A DNA stretch of 64,000 bases from Nitrospira sp. (GCA_047150005.1 AP038806.1:64001-128000), one strand, 5' to 3'; positions 49,303 to 60,446 are shown, numbered from the stretch's first letter. Translations and numbers: made by a program. Notes: generated from the sequence alone by a model not told the origin.

Positions 49303-50637
49303 ATGAAGATGTTGAGTCATCGGTCCAGGCTGCCGCCGCTTCTCCCGATTCTCGCTCTGCCGGTCTATCTCGCCGTGCCCTCCGGCGAGGCGACAGCCGC
49401 GCCGCCTGAGCCCTCCGTGCTGGTGGCAACCTACGACGGCGTCATCAACCCGGTCGCAGCCGAATACGTGCATGATGCCCTCACGTCGGCCCTGGAGACC
49501 GGAGCACGGGTCTTGATCATTCGTCTCAACACGCCGGGTGGTCTCGACACGTCGATGCGCCTCGTCATCAAGGACATTACCGGGGCCGCGATCCCCGTCG
49601 TCGTGTATGTCGCGCCGTCCAGCGCCAGGGCCGCGTCGGCCGGGGTCTTTATCGCGATGGCCGCGCACGTGGCGGCCATGGCTCCCGGCACCAACATCGG
49701 AGCTGCTCATCCCGTGGCGGTCGGAGGAGGCGATCTGGACGACGCGATGAAGGCCAAGATCGAAAACGACTCGGTGGCCTACATCAGATCGCTCGCCGAG
49801 CAGCGCAAGCGCAACGCCGCTTGGGCGGAAGACGCTGTCCGGAAGAGCCTGTCTGTCACGGAGCGCGAGGCCTTAAAGCTGAAGGTCATCGATCTGATCG
49901 CCGACGACCTGCCCTCCCTGCTCAAGCAACTCGACGGCCGCGCCCTCCAGCTCCAGGCCGGCCGGACCGTGGTGCGCACCGCCGGAGCCGAGATGCGCGA
50001 ATTTCCGATGGGGCTGCGCCTCGAGTTTCTGAAAGCCCTCAGCGATCCCAACATCGCCTACCTGCTCATGACCATCGGCACGGTCGGACTCATGGCCGAA
50101 CTCTACAATCCCGGAGCGATTCTCCCCGGCATCGTCGGCGCGATCAGCCTCGTCATGGCTTTTTACGCCATGCAGTCGCTGCCGGTAAACTATGCGGGTG
50201 TTCTCCTGTTCCTACTGGGGATCGTCTTCTTTATCCTGGAAGCCACCGTCACCAGTTACGGCTTGCTCGCGATCGGCGGCGTCATCTCTCTCCTGCTGGG
50301 GTCGGTGATGCTGATCAAGACCGACGCGGAGTTTCTGCAGATCTCCTGGTCGGTCATTCTTCCGGTCGTCACGCTGGTGGCCATCTTTTCGCTCCTGATC
50401 GTCAGCATGGGCGTCCGGGCCATGCGCCGGCCTCACGTCACCGGCCCGGAAGGAATGGTCGGCCTCGTCGCCGTCGCCAGGACGGCGCTGGCTCCGCACG
50501 GACATGTGGCGGTACAGGGCGAACTCTGGGACGCGGTCAGCGAGCAACCGCTTCAACCCGGCGAAGAAGCCGAAATCACCGGCGTTGAAGGCTTGCGCCT
50601 TCGCGTCAAACCCTTCTCCATGAGAAAAGAGGCGTAA
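49303..50637 (+). CDS. nfeD: NfeD (long form, ClpP-like serine protease domain)
   Basis: [26 protein letters not shown] domain, C-terminal GELWDA OB-fold; adjacent stomatin. Confidence 0.92.
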   Translation: MKMLSHRSRLPPLLPILALPVYLAVPSGEATAAPPEPSVLVATYDGVINPVAAEYVHDALTSALETGARVLIIRLNTPGGLDTSMRLVIKDITGAAIPVVVYVAPSSARAASAGVFIAMAAHVAAMAPGTNIGAAHPVAVGGGDLDDAMKAKIENDSVAYIRSLAEQRKRNAAWAEDAVRKSLSVTEREALKLKVIDLIADDLPSLLKQLDGRALQLQAGRTVVRTAGAEMREFPMGLRLEFLKALSDPNIAYLLMTIGTVGLMAELYNPGAILPGIVGAISLVMAFYAMQSLPVNYAGVLLFLLGIVFFILEATVTSYGLLAIGGVISLLLGSVMLIKTDAEFLQISWSVILPVVTLVAIFSLLIVSMGVRAMRRPHVTGPEGMVGLVAVARTALAPHGHVAVQGELWDAVSEQPLQPGEEAEITGVEGLRLRVKPFSMRKEA

Positions 50638-50641
50638 CCCC

Positions 50642-51415
50642 ATGCCGTTCAGTCCATTTGCGATCCTGGTCCTGGGCGCCGTGCTCGTCCTGATGGGATT
50701 CAACGTCCTCCGGGAATACGAACGAGCCGTCATTTTCCGATGGGGGCGTCTCGCCCGGGGCCTGGTCGGCGGAAACGGCCCCGGAGTCGTCATCATTCTC
50801 CCGTTCATCGACAAGCTGGTTCGCGTCAGCCTGCGGACCGTGGCCATGGATGTCCCGCCCCAGGACGTGATCACACGCGACAACGTGACCGTGAAGGTCA
50901 ATGCCGTCATTTACTTCCGGGTGGTGGATCAGGAGCGGGCCATCATCCAGGTCGAAGACTATCTCCACGCTACGTCCATGATGTCTCAGACGACGCTCCG
51001 GAGCGTTCTGGGACAGAGCCAACTCGACGACCTGCTGGCGAAGCGCGAGCAGATCAACGCCGATCTCCAGCGCATCATCGATCAACAGACCGAGCCCTGG
51101 GGCGTGAAAGTCACGGCCGTGGAGGTCAAGAATGTGGACCTGCCGCAGGAAATGCAACGGGCGATCGCCCGCCAAGCGGAGGCCGAGCGCGAACGGCGCG
51201 CGAAAATCATCCACGCCGAAGGGGAATTTGAAGCTTCACGGCGGCTGGCCGATGCCGCCGACGTGATCAGCAGAAATCCCGCGGCGCTGCAGCTCCGGTA
51301 CCTTCAGACGCTCGTCGAAGTCGCGGCCGAAAAGAACTCGACGACGATCTTTCCGATTCCGATCGACACCATCGCACCATTCCTCAAACCGCCGGGTAAG
51401 CAGCCGGAGCCATAG
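50642..51415 (+). CDS. Stomatin/SPFH (slipin) protein
   Basis: [59 protein letters not shown]. Confidence 0.95.
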   Translation: MPFSPFAILVLGAVLVLMGFNVLREYERAVIFRWGRLARGLVGGNGPGVVIILPFIDKLVRVSLRTVAMDVPPQDVITRDNVTVKVNAVIYFRVVDQERAIIQVEDYLHATSMMSQTTLRSVLGQSQLDDLLAKREQINADLQRIIDQQTEPWGVKVTAVEVKNVDLPQEMQRAIARQAEAERERRAKIIHAEGEFEASRRLADAADVISRNPAALQLRYLQTLVEVAAEKNSTTIFPIPIDTIAPFLKPPGKQPEP

Positions 51416-51471
51416 CCCCCGCCGGCGCACCGGAGATTCGCCCGGAGGGAACCCGGTCTTGACGGCCGCGA

Positions 51472-52647
51472 TCACCCGCCGACGATCTCTTGATAGTACG
51501 TCTCCAACATCGCGCCGCGCGCCGGTTCGACGATCACCAACTGGCGCCGGTCGAATGTGTTGGCGCAATACAGATACCGACCCGCATCGCACCGTCCATA
51601 CTCCGCATGCAGTTGCCGTCCGTCGGCTTCGGACAAGGTCCGTTCCTTGACGATGACGCGGCCGCTCAGCCCCTGCCAGGCCGATTGGGCGGACGGATAG
51701 TGGTTTTCGTAAAGCGGCGTCTCACCGCCGGTCGCCGGCGGTGAGACGGCCGGGTCGAACGGCGCTCCTTCATCCGGCTCGGGCGCCTCGTCCCACTCGA
51801 CCGCGCCGTCCCCGTCCTTCTGCAATGTGTAGAATGGCCCGTCCTCGGCAATCTCCTCCACGAGGCTGTACCGGATGGGCCGAGGAGGCTCAGTCTGGAC
51901 CAAACCTCGCGCCGCCAAGGCTCGCTGAAACGGCACGCGACGGGACAACTGGCGGGTCTTCTCGAACACCACCATGCGACCCTGCGCCGCCAGGAGCGAG
52001 CAGAGCGTGTCGAGTCGAGGGCCCACACCGGTACGCTCTTCGAACCGCCGCTGACCGCCCGTGTCTCGATTCCGCTCGAACGTCCGCCAATCGCGGCTCG
52101 GCAGGCCGGGATCCTCTTCCGCCTGCAACAGCGCATGAGTCGCCACGACGAGATCGACCGTCATGGACGTTCGGCGATCCACGATGTCCAGACACTCAAA
52201 CCGAACATTCCGCAGGCCGAGCGCGACCGTCTGCTCTTCGGCCCGACGCAGCGACTCGGGTGATCGGTCGACCCCAAGAAAGGACACGTGGGGAAATTGC
52301 CTTGCGTAAAACGTCGTCAGCACACCGGTCCCGCAACCGAAGTCGAGCACCGACGTCGCCCGGCCGATGCGCTCCGCGGTCAACGCCCCGACCGCCAGAT
52401 AATACTCGTATCGCTGGCTATAGAGCACCGGGAGTATGCGCGGATCGGCCGTGGCGTCGTAAAAGGCGATGTCGTCGGCGGAGGTTCCCCGTCGCTTGTG
52501 TTCAATGTGGCGATGAAGGAGAGACAGATCTTCGGCCGTGAGGGATCGGCGCTGCCACCGGAAATAGGCGTCGTCTGAGTCGAATCGCCGGAGCTTCCAG
52601 AATTCCAAATGCGCGTTAAGCGCTCGTTGCAGCGAGTCACTGATCAT
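51472..52647 (-). CDS. SAM-dependent methyltransferase-domain protein
   Basis: VLDFGCGTG, FLGVDRS; C-terminal extension of unknown family. Confidence 0.8.
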   Translation of the reverse strand: MISDSLQRALNAHLEFWKLRRFDSDDAYFRWQRRSLTAEDLSLLHRHIEHKRRGTSADDIAFYDATADPRILPVLYSQRYEYYLAVGALTAERIGRATSVLDFGCGTGVLTTFYARQFPHVSFLGVDRSPESLRRAEEQTVALGLRNVRFECLDIVDRRTSMTVDLVVATHALLQAEEDPGLPSRDWRTFERNRDTGGQRRFEERTGVGPRLDTLCSLLAAQGRMVVFEKTRQLSRRVPFQRALAARGLVQTEPPRPIRYSLVEEIAEDGPFYTLQKDGDGAVEWDEAPEPDEGAPFDPAVSPPATGGETPLYENHYPSAQSAWQGLSGRVIVKERTLSEADGRQLHAEYGRCDAGRYLYCANTFDRRQLVIVEPARGAMLETYYQEIVGG

Positions 52648-52659
52648 CGATCCTCAAAG

Positions 52660-52826
52660 CGCCTGCTCAGAACGTCACCATTCTCACCCACCCACCCTGG
52701 CGCGCCGAGACGCGCCATTCCTCGAGCAAGGCCGCAAGGAGCAAGGACCACGAGGCGTACGCGGTGAGGGTACGTTGAGTGGTTCGAGCGACTGAGAACG
52801 CAGCCGGAGAGCGTTGTCAGCAGGTG
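52660..52826. repeat. Structured intergenic MITE/REP-like element
   Basis: Terminal imperfect IR CGCCTGCTCAGAACG / CGTTGTCAGCAGGTG, nested TTCTCA/TGAGAA, internal hairpin TGGCGCG-N6-CGCGCCA. Confidence 0.7.
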
Positions 52827-52827
52827 T

Positions 52828-54192
52828 TTATGGTCGTTTCAGCATGATGGCGTCAAAATAGGTCTCCGGCACCGGGTGCGGCAGGCGCAACTGACCGCCG
52901 CCGAACGTCACGTACTTCTCGCAGGTCAGTTGATCGAGGCCGATGGGCCCCTTCGCATGGAGCCGCGACGTACTGAGCCCGATGTCCGCGCCCAGACCGA
53001 AGCCGTCGCCGGCGTTCAGCCGCGAGGAGGCATTGACCATCACCGACGCCGCGTCAACCTCTCGAGTAAATCTCATCGCGGACGCGTAGTTGGTGGTGGC
53101 GATGACGGCGGTCAGGACCGGGCCGTGCTGGGCGATGTGCTGCAGGGCCTCGTCCAAGCCGGTCACCATCTTCACGGCCAGCAGAGATCGTTCGAACTGC
53201 GTCGTCCAGTCTTCTTCCGTGGCCGGCTTGATGGACGTGTGTCCGCTCATGGCCATCTGTCCCATCAGCGCGATCGTCTTCGGGCAGCCGCGCACTTCGA
53301 TCTTGAATTCATCGAGGAGCCGGTTGATGAGCGCCGCTAAAAATTGCCGGCCCACCACCTGCTGCACCAGCAGCGTATCGAGCGCATTCGGCGCGCCGGC
53401 CAGCTGCGCTTTGGAATTGATGACGATGTTCTGTGCCATGGGAATGTCGGTATCGGCATCGACGTACAGATGGTTCAAGCCCCCGTCGTGACACAGTATC
53501 GGCATTCTCGCTCCCTCGAGCACCGCCTTGCGCAGGCCCGGGCCGCCTCGCGGGATGATCGCATCGAGATGCTTGCCCGCCCGGATCAGTTCGACCGCCA
53601 CCTCTTTCTCCTGGCGCTCGACCAGCACCCACGCGCCGGCCGGCACGCCTTGCCGCTCCGCCGCTTCCCGCAACGCTTTGCCGATGACCTGATGCGTCAA
53701 GGTCCACTCCGGCGCTCCGCGGAAAATGCAGGGGTTGCCCGCCTTGAGACAGAGCGCAATGGATTCGACGGTCACCAGCGGTTTCCGTTCCGAAATCACG
53801 CCGATCACCCCGATCGGGACGCGTACCCGGGAAACTTGGAGCCCGTCCGGCTGTTCCCACCGAGCGGTCACGGCTCCGACGGGATCGGCACCGTCCGCGA
53901 TCGTCCGGAGACGCTCCGCCATCTCCTTAATGTCGTCGGCCTGGATACGTACCCGTGCGACCGCCGCCTTGAGGCGATCTTTGTTCGACTCGCCTTCGAA
54001 AGATTTTCCCAACGCATCGACGTCCTGATCGTTGGCGGCAAGGATCGCTTCCGCATCGGTCTCGATTCGCTCGGCCATGGCTCGCAGAGCCTTGTCTTTG
54101 ACCGGCCCCGGCAGCAACGCGACAGGAGAGGACATTTTTCTAATTTCTTTCAATAATTTATCGACATATATCTTAACTGGAACTTCAAGCAT
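52828..54192 (-). CDS. proA: Glutamate-5-semialdehyde dehydrogenase (ProA) paralogue, catalytic Cys absent
   Basis: RVPIGVIGVI, CLKAGN, IIPRGG.GL, HLYVD, VDAA.V.VNAS.R, FGLGA.IG.ST.RLHA.GP.GL..LT..KY; GGAGG RBS. Confidence 0.85.
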   Translation of the reverse strand: MLEVPVKIYVDKLLKEIRKMSSPVALLPGPVKDKALRAMAERIETDAEAILAANDQDVDALGKSFEGESNKDRLKAAVARVRIQADDIKEMAERLRTIADGADPVGAVTARWEQPDGLQVSRVRVPIGVIGVISERKPLVTVESIALCLKAGNPCIFRGAPEWTLTHQVIGKALREAAERQGVPAGAWVLVERQEKEVAVELIRAGKHLDAIIPRGGPGLRKAVLEGARMPILCHDGGLNHLYVDADTDIPMAQNIVINSKAQLAGAPNALDTLLVQQVVGRQFLAALINRLLDEFKIEVRGCPKTIALMGQMAMSGHTSIKPATEEDWTTQFERSLLAVKMVTGLDEALQHIAQHGPVLTAVIATTNYASAMRFTREVDAASVMVNASSRLNAGDGFGLGADIGLSTSRLHAKGPIGLDQLTCEKYVTFGGGQLRLPHPVPETYFDAIMLKRP

Positions 54193-54267
54193 CGGACCTC
54201 CTCCGTATCCCATGATCTCACCGCGCGACGCCGAACTATAGCACGCGATTTTTCGGACAGTAAACCA

Positions 54268-55563
54268 TCACCCCCTCGTCTCTCCATTGGCAATTCCGGC
54301 CTGCCGCCGGCGCTCTTCCTGCCGCGCGAGCGACCATCCCAACCAGGCCCAGCAGCAGGCGATCGGAACCAGCACCCACGAGATCTGCGCGGCCGAGATC
54401 CCGAGCGCCTTCACCCCGTTCACCACCCATCCGGTGACCGCGTCCCCGGCGCGGGAGACCGTCGTGTCGATGAAGTTCTTCGCTTTGTACTTTTCTTCTC
54501 GGGTGACGACGGTAAAGAGCACCTCTCGGGCCGGTTTCGAGACAGCATACTCCCCCACGCGGCGGACGACCGTAAAGAGCGCGTAGAACACCAGAAGCGG
54601 CGCCGTCCCGATCAGCGCAAATCCTGCGGCGCTGGCCAGGGGCAGTGCGACCAACGCTGCGGCCAATCCCAATCGGCCGATCAGCTGGCCGGTGACGAAG
54701 AGTTGCGTCAGGAATGTCATGACATTGACCGCGAGATCGATCGTCGCGAAGAGTCTGGTCCGGCTCTCCGGCGACGGGATCTGCTCGCTGACCAACCGCG
54801 CCTGCTCCAGGTACAGGAAGGTCGCCGTCGTCGTGAGGCAAAACAGATAGAGACAGATCCCCAACAAATAGGGTGACGAGACGGCGAGCCGGACTCCCTC
54901 CCACATGCCGCCTCCAAGCGGGTGTCCGGCCTGTGCGTCTCGGATCTCCGGCCGAGCGGAAGCCCATTCGTGCAGGCGGTGGATACAGAGCCCGCAGGCG
55001 GCGAGAAATCCCGCCGACAGCAGCATCAGCCACGGAATGGGCGCCACGTACGTGACGGTCGCCGCCACGATCGGTCCGCACATGGCGCCCGTGCTGCCTC
55101 CGGCGGCGATCACCGCGAACAGCCTGGCGCCCTGGGCCGGCGTGAAGAGATCGGCCATGAAGCTCCAAAATACCGACACGACGAACAGGTTGAAGACGGA
55201 CAGCCAGACGAAGAACATGCGCGCCACCCACGCCGGCGCCGTGTGGCTCACCATGAGCAGAAAAAATCCGACGAGATTGGCGCCGAAAAATGTGTAGACG
55301 CTCAGGAGCAGCTGATGGCGCGGCACGCGAGCCGAGAGATACCCGAACAGCGGCGTCACCGTCAGCAGGGCGACAAAGGTGGCGGTCATCATCCAGGGAA
55401 GATGCTGCACACCGCCTTCGATGGCCATCTCGTCCCGCACCGGACGGAGAATATAGTAGCCGCACAACAGGCAGAAGAAATAGAGGAACGACCAGGCCAC
55501 CGGCACGACCTCGTCGGGCTCCGCCCCGGTCACGGTTTGAATGGTCGAGCGCACGCGCGTCAC
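54268..55563 (-). CDS. MFS transporter, TLC/NTT (ATP/ADP translocase)-like
   Basis: [26 protein letters not shown]...[30 protein letters not shown]. Confidence 0.88.
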   Translation of the reverse strand: MTRVRSTIQTVTGAEPDEVVPVAWSFLYFFCLLCGYYILRPVRDEMAIEGGVQHLPWMMTATFVALLTVTPLFGYLSARVPRHQLLLSVYTFFGANLVGFFLLMVSHTAPAWVARMFFVWLSVFNLFVVSVFWSFMADLFTPAQGARLFAVIAAGGSTGAMCGPIVAATVTYVAPIPWLMLLSAGFLAACGLCIHRLHEWASARPEIRDAQAGHPLGGGMWEGVRLAVSSPYLLGICLYLFCLTTTATFLYLEQARLVSEQIPSPESRTRLFATIDLAVNVMTFLTQLFVTGQLIGRLGLAAALVALPLASAAGFALIGTAPLLVFYALFTVVRRVGEYAVSKPAREVLFTVVTREEKYKAKNFIDTTVSRAGDAVTGWVVNGVKALGISAAQISWVLVPIACCWAWLGWSLARQEERRRQAGIANGETRG

Positions 55564-55670
55564 AGGGCGGCATCCTGACGGGCACGCCAGGTGGGTGCAA
55601 GCGGAAAATCCCCGGAAGATCGTCGGCCCGGGACTTTTTTCCCGCCTCCCGCTGTGGTATGCACTCTGGG

Positions 55671-56705
55671 ATGACGGTGATCGACCTTCGCAGCGACACG
55701 GTGACGAAGCCGACCGCGGCCATGCGAAAAGCCATGGCGCAGGCCGACGTCGGCGACGACGTCTACGGGGAGGACCCGACCGTCAACAGACTTCAGGACA
55801 CCGTCGCGGCCCTGCTCGGGAAAAAGGCCGCCCTCTTCGTGCCTTCCGGCACCATGGCCAACCAGTTGGCCATCCGCGTGCACACGCAGCCGGGCCAGGA
55901 AGTCATCGCGGAGAGCAAGGCGCACATCGTACGGTATGAACAAGGCGCGGCCGCCGCCCTCTCGGGCGTGCAGCTGCACTGCATCCCCGGAGATCGCGGC
56001 CTCATGAGTGCCGAACAGGTCGAGGCGGCGATCAGGCCGACCGATCCCCACACCGTGCGGACCGCGTTGATCTGCATCGAAAACACGCACAACAGCGGCG
56101 GCGGCACGATCTATCCCCTCTCGACGATCGAACGAATCAGAGCCGTCGCCGCCGACCGCCGCATTCCGATGCACCTGGACGGCGCCCGATTGTTCAACGC
56201 GGTGACCGCGACCACGCTCCCGGCCGCATCCTACGCCCAGCATTTCGAAACCGTGTCGCTCTGCCTGTCGAAGGGGTTGGGCGCGCCGGCCGGCTCGCTG
56301 CTCGCGAGCAACGACCTCGCCCTCATAGACCGGGCCCGCCGGTTCAGGAGAATGTACGGAGGCGCCATGCGCCAAGCGGGCGTGCTCGCGGCGGCCGGGC
56401 TCTATGCGCTGGAGCATCATGTCGCGCGGTTGAAGACGGATCACGACAACGCCAAGCGTCTCGCCAGACGTTTGCAGCAGATTCCCACCGTCGCGATCAG
56501 CCCGCAGCACGTTGAGACGAACATCATCGTCTTCGAGGTCGTGAGCCACCGCCTCGCGCCCGCCGCGCTCGTCGCGGCCCTCAAGCAGGAAGGCGTGTTG
56601 ATCAACGCCGTCGGCGGAACGAGTTTCCGCGCCGTCACCCACCTCGACGTCTCGACGGAGGCGATCGACCACGCGGCCGACATCTTCGCTCGCGTCCTCA
56701 GGTGA
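55671..56705 (+). CDS. ltaE: Low-specificity L-threonine aldolase
   Basis: [60 protein letters not shown]. Confidence 0.96.
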   Translation: MTVIDLRSDTVTKPTAAMRKAMAQADVGDDVYGEDPTVNRLQDTVAALLGKKAALFVPSGTMANQLAIRVHTQPGQEVIAESKAHIVRYEQGAAAALSGVQLHCIPGDRGLMSAEQVEAAIRPTDPHTVRTALICIENTHNSGGGTIYPLSTIERIRAVAADRRIPMHLDGARLFNAVTATTLPAASYAQHFETVSLCLSKGLGAPAGSLLASNDLALIDRARRFRRMYGGAMRQAGVLAAAGLYALEHHVARLKTDHDNAKRLARRLQQIPTVAISPQHVETNIIVFEVVSHRLAPAALVAALKQEGVLINAVGGTSFRAVTHLDVSTEAIDHAADIFARVLR

Positions 56706-56715
56706 CCGCCGCGCA

Positions 56716-56744
56716 TTGACAGTGCCGCCATCCAAATCTAGAAT
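56716..56744 (+). promoter_or_regulatory. Near-consensus sigma-70 promoter
   Basis: TTGACA-N17-TAGAAT. Confidence 0.8.
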
Positions 56745-56761
56745 GCGTGACGAAAGGACAC

Positions 56762-56992
56762 ATGTCGCCGTTGCAGGCCGTTTCATTCGCCCAAATCAGC
56801 CGAATTCTCGAATTGACCGATCGTCTCGGGTTGAATCGCGAATGGGTGGAAATTCCTCTCTCACCTGAACAGCCCGGTCTCGTGCGGCGCCTGGCGAACG
56901 GAAAGCTGGAGATCGTGGTCGACGCGGACGAGCCGTTTGAGCACTGGCTCGCGTCGCTCGAAGCACGAATTCTTGAGATCCAGCGATCATAA
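56762..56992 (+). CDS. Small hypothetical protein
   Basis: AAGGA RBS, downstream of a strong promoter, 76 aa. Confidence 0.7.
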   Translation: MSPLQAVSFAQISRILELTDRLGLNREWVEIPLSPEQPGLVRRLANGKLEIVVDADEPFEHWLASLEARILEIQRS

Positions 56993-57010
56993 AGGAACCG
57001 AGGCCCGTAC

Positions 57011-57799
57011 GTGATGGACACCGACCAAACCAAGACGCTGCCGAGCCGTGAAGAGTTGCAGGCTGAACTCCTGGCCGTTCCCGAACCGCCCGAGCAGCCG
57101 GAGCCGGTCAACGAGCCGGGCTTCGAAGAACTCGTGCAACTGGCGCTGCGTCACGCAAAGGGACGCCGAGGCGGCGATCTGGTCAGCGTCATTCTGGTCG
57201 GCTCGGGCGCTCGACGCTCCGTCACGGCACACAGCGACATCGACCTGATCGCGCTGGTGAAGGGCCAGGCTGACGCGCACGAAATCGTGCGGGTCGCGGC
57301 CCGGCTGGCGGACATTCGATATCACGGACATCATGAACTGGAAGACGAACTGTCCTATTCGCCCCGTTTGCCGCCGCTGCTGCGCAAGGGCCGGATCTTG
57401 TTCGACCATGACACGATCGGCGCCAAGCTGATCGAGCGGGCGAACCAACGGTTCCGCCAGGGACCGTCTCCCGCCAGCGTCAACGAACAGATCCGCTTGA
57501 AAGCGCAATGCCTGCACTGGCTGGGCAAGGCCCAGGATCTGGCGGACAAGCCGGCTGCGGCCAACTATCTGATGATGATGTTCTTCGACGACTACACGAA
57601 TGCGTTTTTCCGCCTGAAGGGCTTGTGGTTGACCGCCCCCGTCGACCTGGTGCGCTTCATAGCGTCCCGCGACCAAGCCTTGGGCGAGTTGGTTGGACGA
57701 TTTCTTACTGCAGGCACGCTTCCGGAGCGACTGAATATCGGCCGTGACTTGACGGATTTGCTGTTCCGGGAGGTGCCCAACCCCGCCAGAATCGACTAA
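57011..57799 (+). CDS. Pol-beta-superfamily nucleotidyltransferase domain protein with helical C-domain
   Basis: VILVGSGARR.....SDIDL motif, G.ILFD, followed by a helical region. Confidence 0.8.
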   Translation: MMDTDQTKTLPSREELQAELLAVPEPPEQPEPVNEPGFEELVQLALRHAKGRRGGDLVSVILVGSGARRSVTAHSDIDLIALVKGQADAHEIVRVAARLADIRYHGHHELEDELSYSPRLPPLLRKGRILFDHDTIGAKLIERANQRFRQGPSPASVNEQIRLKAQCLHWLGKAQDLADKPAAANYLMMMFFDDYTNAFFRLKGLWLTAPVDLVRFIASRDQALGELVGRFLTAGTLPERLNIGRDLTDLLFREVPNPARID

Positions 57800-57880
57800 A
57801 CCGAGCCACGCGGATCTCCGTGGGGCATACAGGGCGGCGGATCTTCGACGACCGCTCCCGGGAACGACAAGGAGAGGATC

Positions 57881-58774
57881 ATGGAGCTGGGATTCATCGG
57901 ACTCGGCAAGATGGGCATGAACATGGTGACCCGTCTCCGCCGCGATCAACACCGGGTGGTGGTCTATGATCGTTCGGCCGATCTGGTCAGCCAGGCCGCC
58001 GCGCAGGGCTGCATCGGCACCGCCTCGCTCGCCGACCTCATCGCCCAATTGAGCGCGCCGAGAGCCGTCTGGTGCATGGTGCCGTCCGGGACGGCGACCG
58101 AGGAAACGGTCCAGACACTCGGAACGCTCCTGAAACCGGGTGACACCATCATCGACGGAGGCAATACGCACTTCCATGACGACGTCCGCCGAGCCGACGA
58201 ACTCAAACGCAAAGGCATCACCTACGTGGATGCCGGGACCAGCGGCGGTGTGTGGGGGCTGAAGGTCGGGTACTGCCTGATGGTGGGAGGAGAAGAACCG
58301 GCGGTCAAGCGCCTCGCGCCTATCTTCACGACGCTCGCGCCCGAGAACGGATGGGCCCACATGGGCGCCGTGGGGGCGGGCCATTATGTCAAGATGGTGC
58401 ACAACGGCATCGAGTACAGCATGATGCAGGGATACGCCGAGGGGTTCGAATTGATGTCGAAGAGCGACTATCGCCTGAACCTGGCCCGCATTGCCGACTT
58501 GTGGATGCAAGGGAGCGTCGTCCGTTCCTGGCTGTTGGAGCTGGCCGCCGGCGCCCTCAAGGAAGACCCGAAGTTGGAACACCTCAAGGGCTTCGTGCAG
58601 GACTCGGGCGAAGGGCGATGGATGATTGCGGATGCGGTCGAAAAGGCGGTGCCGGTCCCGACGCTGACTGCCGCGGTTTTCACCCGGTTTCGATCCCGCC
58701 AGGAAGACTCGTTTGCCGAGAAGATGTTGGCGGCCCTGCGCAACGCATTCGGTGGACACGCGGTCAAACGGTAA
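57881..58774 (+). CDS. gnd: 6-phosphogluconate dehydrogenase (decarboxylating, short type)
   Basis: GLGKMG, IDGGN, DAGTSGG.WG, AGHYVKMVHNGIEY, DSGEGRW, RNAFGGH. Confidence 0.96.
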   Translation: MELGFIGLGKMGMNMVTRLRRDQHRVVVYDRSADLVSQAAAQGCIGTASLADLIAQLSAPRAVWCMVPSGTATEETVQTLGTLLKPGDTIIDGGNTHFHDDVRRADELKRKGITYVDAGTSGGVWGLKVGYCLMVGGEEPAVKRLAPIFTTLAPENGWAHMGAVGAGHYVKMVHNGIEYSMMQGYAEGFELMSKSDYRLNLARIADLWMQGSVVRSWLLELAAGALKEDPKLEHLKGFVQDSGEGRWMIADAVEKAVPVPTLTAAVFTRFRSRQEDSFAEKMLAALRNAFGGHAVKR

Positions 58775-58786
58775 GCGATCCCCGCC

Positions 58787-60331
58787 ATGCCACCCGTCGC
58801 CAAAAAACTCGACGTCAAACCGGCCCCTGAAAGCCTGCCGCCCGCCGACCCCTGCACGCTGGTGATCTTCGGCGGATCGGGAGACCTGGCCCGCCGGCGA
58901 CTGATTCCGGCCTTGTACAATCTGCTCCTTGACAGATTGCTGCCGGCCAAGTTTGCGGTGTTGGGGCTCGGCCGCCGGACCATGTCGGACGAGGAATACA
59001 GATCGTCGTTGCGGGAGGGAGTCGCGAAATTTTCACGGCAGGCGCTGGACGAAGCAAAGTGGGCGGCATTTGCCGAGCACCTCTTCTATCTGGCCGGTGA
59101 GAACGAAGCACCCGACACCTTCACCGCGCTGAAGCGGCGCGCCGAAGAGCTTGAGAAGACGTTCGGTCTGCCGGGAAACCGCATCTTCTACCTGAGCATC
59201 CCCCCCAGTTCGTTCACGGCGGTCTGCGAGGGGCTGGCTCAAGCCGGGCTGGCCACTCCTCCATCTCCGTCCTCTCCCTACTCCCGCATCATCGTGGAGA
59301 AGCCGGTGGGTCGCGATCTCAACTCGGCCAAAGAGATCAACGCCGTGACCGGCCGCGTGTTCGACGAATCTCAGATCTTCCGGATCGACCACTACCTCGG
59401 CAAAGAGACCGTGCAGAATCTCATGGTCGTGCGGTTCGCCAACAGCATCTTCGAGCCGATCTGGAACCACAAGTACATCGACCATGTGCAGATCACGGTC
59501 AGTGAAACGGAGGGAGTCGGCACCCGCGCCTCCTATTATGAGGAAGCCGGAGCCTTGCGCGACATGGTGCAGAACCACATCCTGCAACTCCTCTGTCTGG
59601 TGGCGATGGAGCCGCCGTACTCGCTCGACCCGGACGTGGTCCGCAACGCCAAGATGGAGGTGCTCCGCTGTCTGCGCCCGATCGTCGGCAAGGACCTTGA
59701 GCGCTGTACGGTCCGCGCGCAGTATGCGCCTGGAACGATTCAGGGCCGGCCCGTGCCGGGCTATCGCCGCGAGAGCGGCGTCGATCCGAACAGCACGACG
59801 GAAACCTATGTCGCCCTCAAGTGCTTCGTTGAGAACTGGCGCTGGTCCGGTGTGCCGTTCTACCTGCGGACCGGTAAGGCGCTTCCCTTGCGGGCCAGCG
59901 AGGTCGCCGTCCAGTTCAAGGAAATCCCTCAGATCCTGTTCAACGCCAACGTGCAGCAGCCCCAACCGCCGAACGTGCTGGCGCTCCGGATTCAACCGGA
60001 GGAAGGGTTGTCGCTCCGCATCGTCTCACGGGTACCGGGCACGAGAGCGCAGACCCTCCCCGTAGAAATGGACTTTCGGTACGGCGAAGTGTTCGGGCAG
60101 GCCTCGCCGGAAGCCTATGAACGGTTGCTGCTCGACGTCATGACGGGAGATGCCTCCCGGTTCATGCGGCGCGACGCGGTCGAAGCGTCCTGGGCTTGGA
60201 TCACCACCATCTTGGAGGGTTGGCAACAGCAGGGGTCCCGCTGGCTCCCGGAATACCAGGCCGGTACCTGGGGACCGGTTGAAGCGGACCGACTGATCCA
60301 GGAAGACGGAAGACTCTGGCGCACGCTCTGA
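58787..60331 (+). CDS. zwf: Glucose-6-phosphate dehydrogenase
   Basis: FGGSGDLA, EKPVG, RIDHYLGKETVQN, RDMVQNH, WRWSGVPFYLRTGK, AYERLL.D, GTWGP. Confidence 0.98.
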   Translation: MPPVAKKLDVKPAPESLPPADPCTLVIFGGSGDLARRRLIPALYNLLLDRLLPAKFAVLGLGRRTMSDEEYRSSLREGVAKFSRQALDEAKWAAFAEHLFYLAGENEAPDTFTALKRRAEELEKTFGLPGNRIFYLSIPPSSFTAVCEGLAQAGLATPPSPSSPYSRIIVEKPVGRDLNSAKEINAVTGRVFDESQIFRIDHYLGKETVQNLMVVRFANSIFEPIWNHKYIDHVQITVSETEGVGTRASYYEEAGALRDMVQNHILQLLCLVAMEPPYSLDPDVVRNAKMEVLRCLRPIVGKDLERCTVRAQYAPGTIQGRPVPGYRRESGVDPNSTTETYVALKCFVENWRWSGVPFYLRTGKALPLRASEVAVQFKEIPQILFNANVQQPQPPNVLALRIQPEEGLSLRIVSRVPGTRAQTLPVEMDFRYGEVFGQASPEAYERLLLDVMTGDASRFMRRDAVEASWAWITTILEGWQQQGSRWLPEYQAGTWGPVEADRLIQEDGRLWRTL

Positions 60332-60343
60332 ACCAGCGAGGGA

Positions 60344-60446
60344 TCAGTCCTGAGTGCTGAGTCCTGAGTGCTGAGTGTTTAGTCCTGAGGGCTGAGTCCC
60401 AGGCGGACAGACGGGAGGCGTAACTCAGCACTCAGGACTCAGCACT
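60344..60446. repeat. Heptamer tandem array (TGAGT[CG]C) with inverted arm
   Basis: Eight units at 60344-60399 and three inverted ACTCAG[CG] units at 60423-60443, between convergent zwf and trx. Confidence 0.9.

Noticed and set aside
56987..58759. Long antisense ORFs (590 aa here; also 11030..12220, 14909..16096, 25016..26149, 31600..32886, 47231..48346, 55560..56786)
   Set aside because: Shadow ORFs opposite well-supported genes, expected in high-GC DNA; no motifs.
60344..60446. CRISPR array
   Set aside because: Units are 7 bp with no unique spacers, and there are no cas genes.
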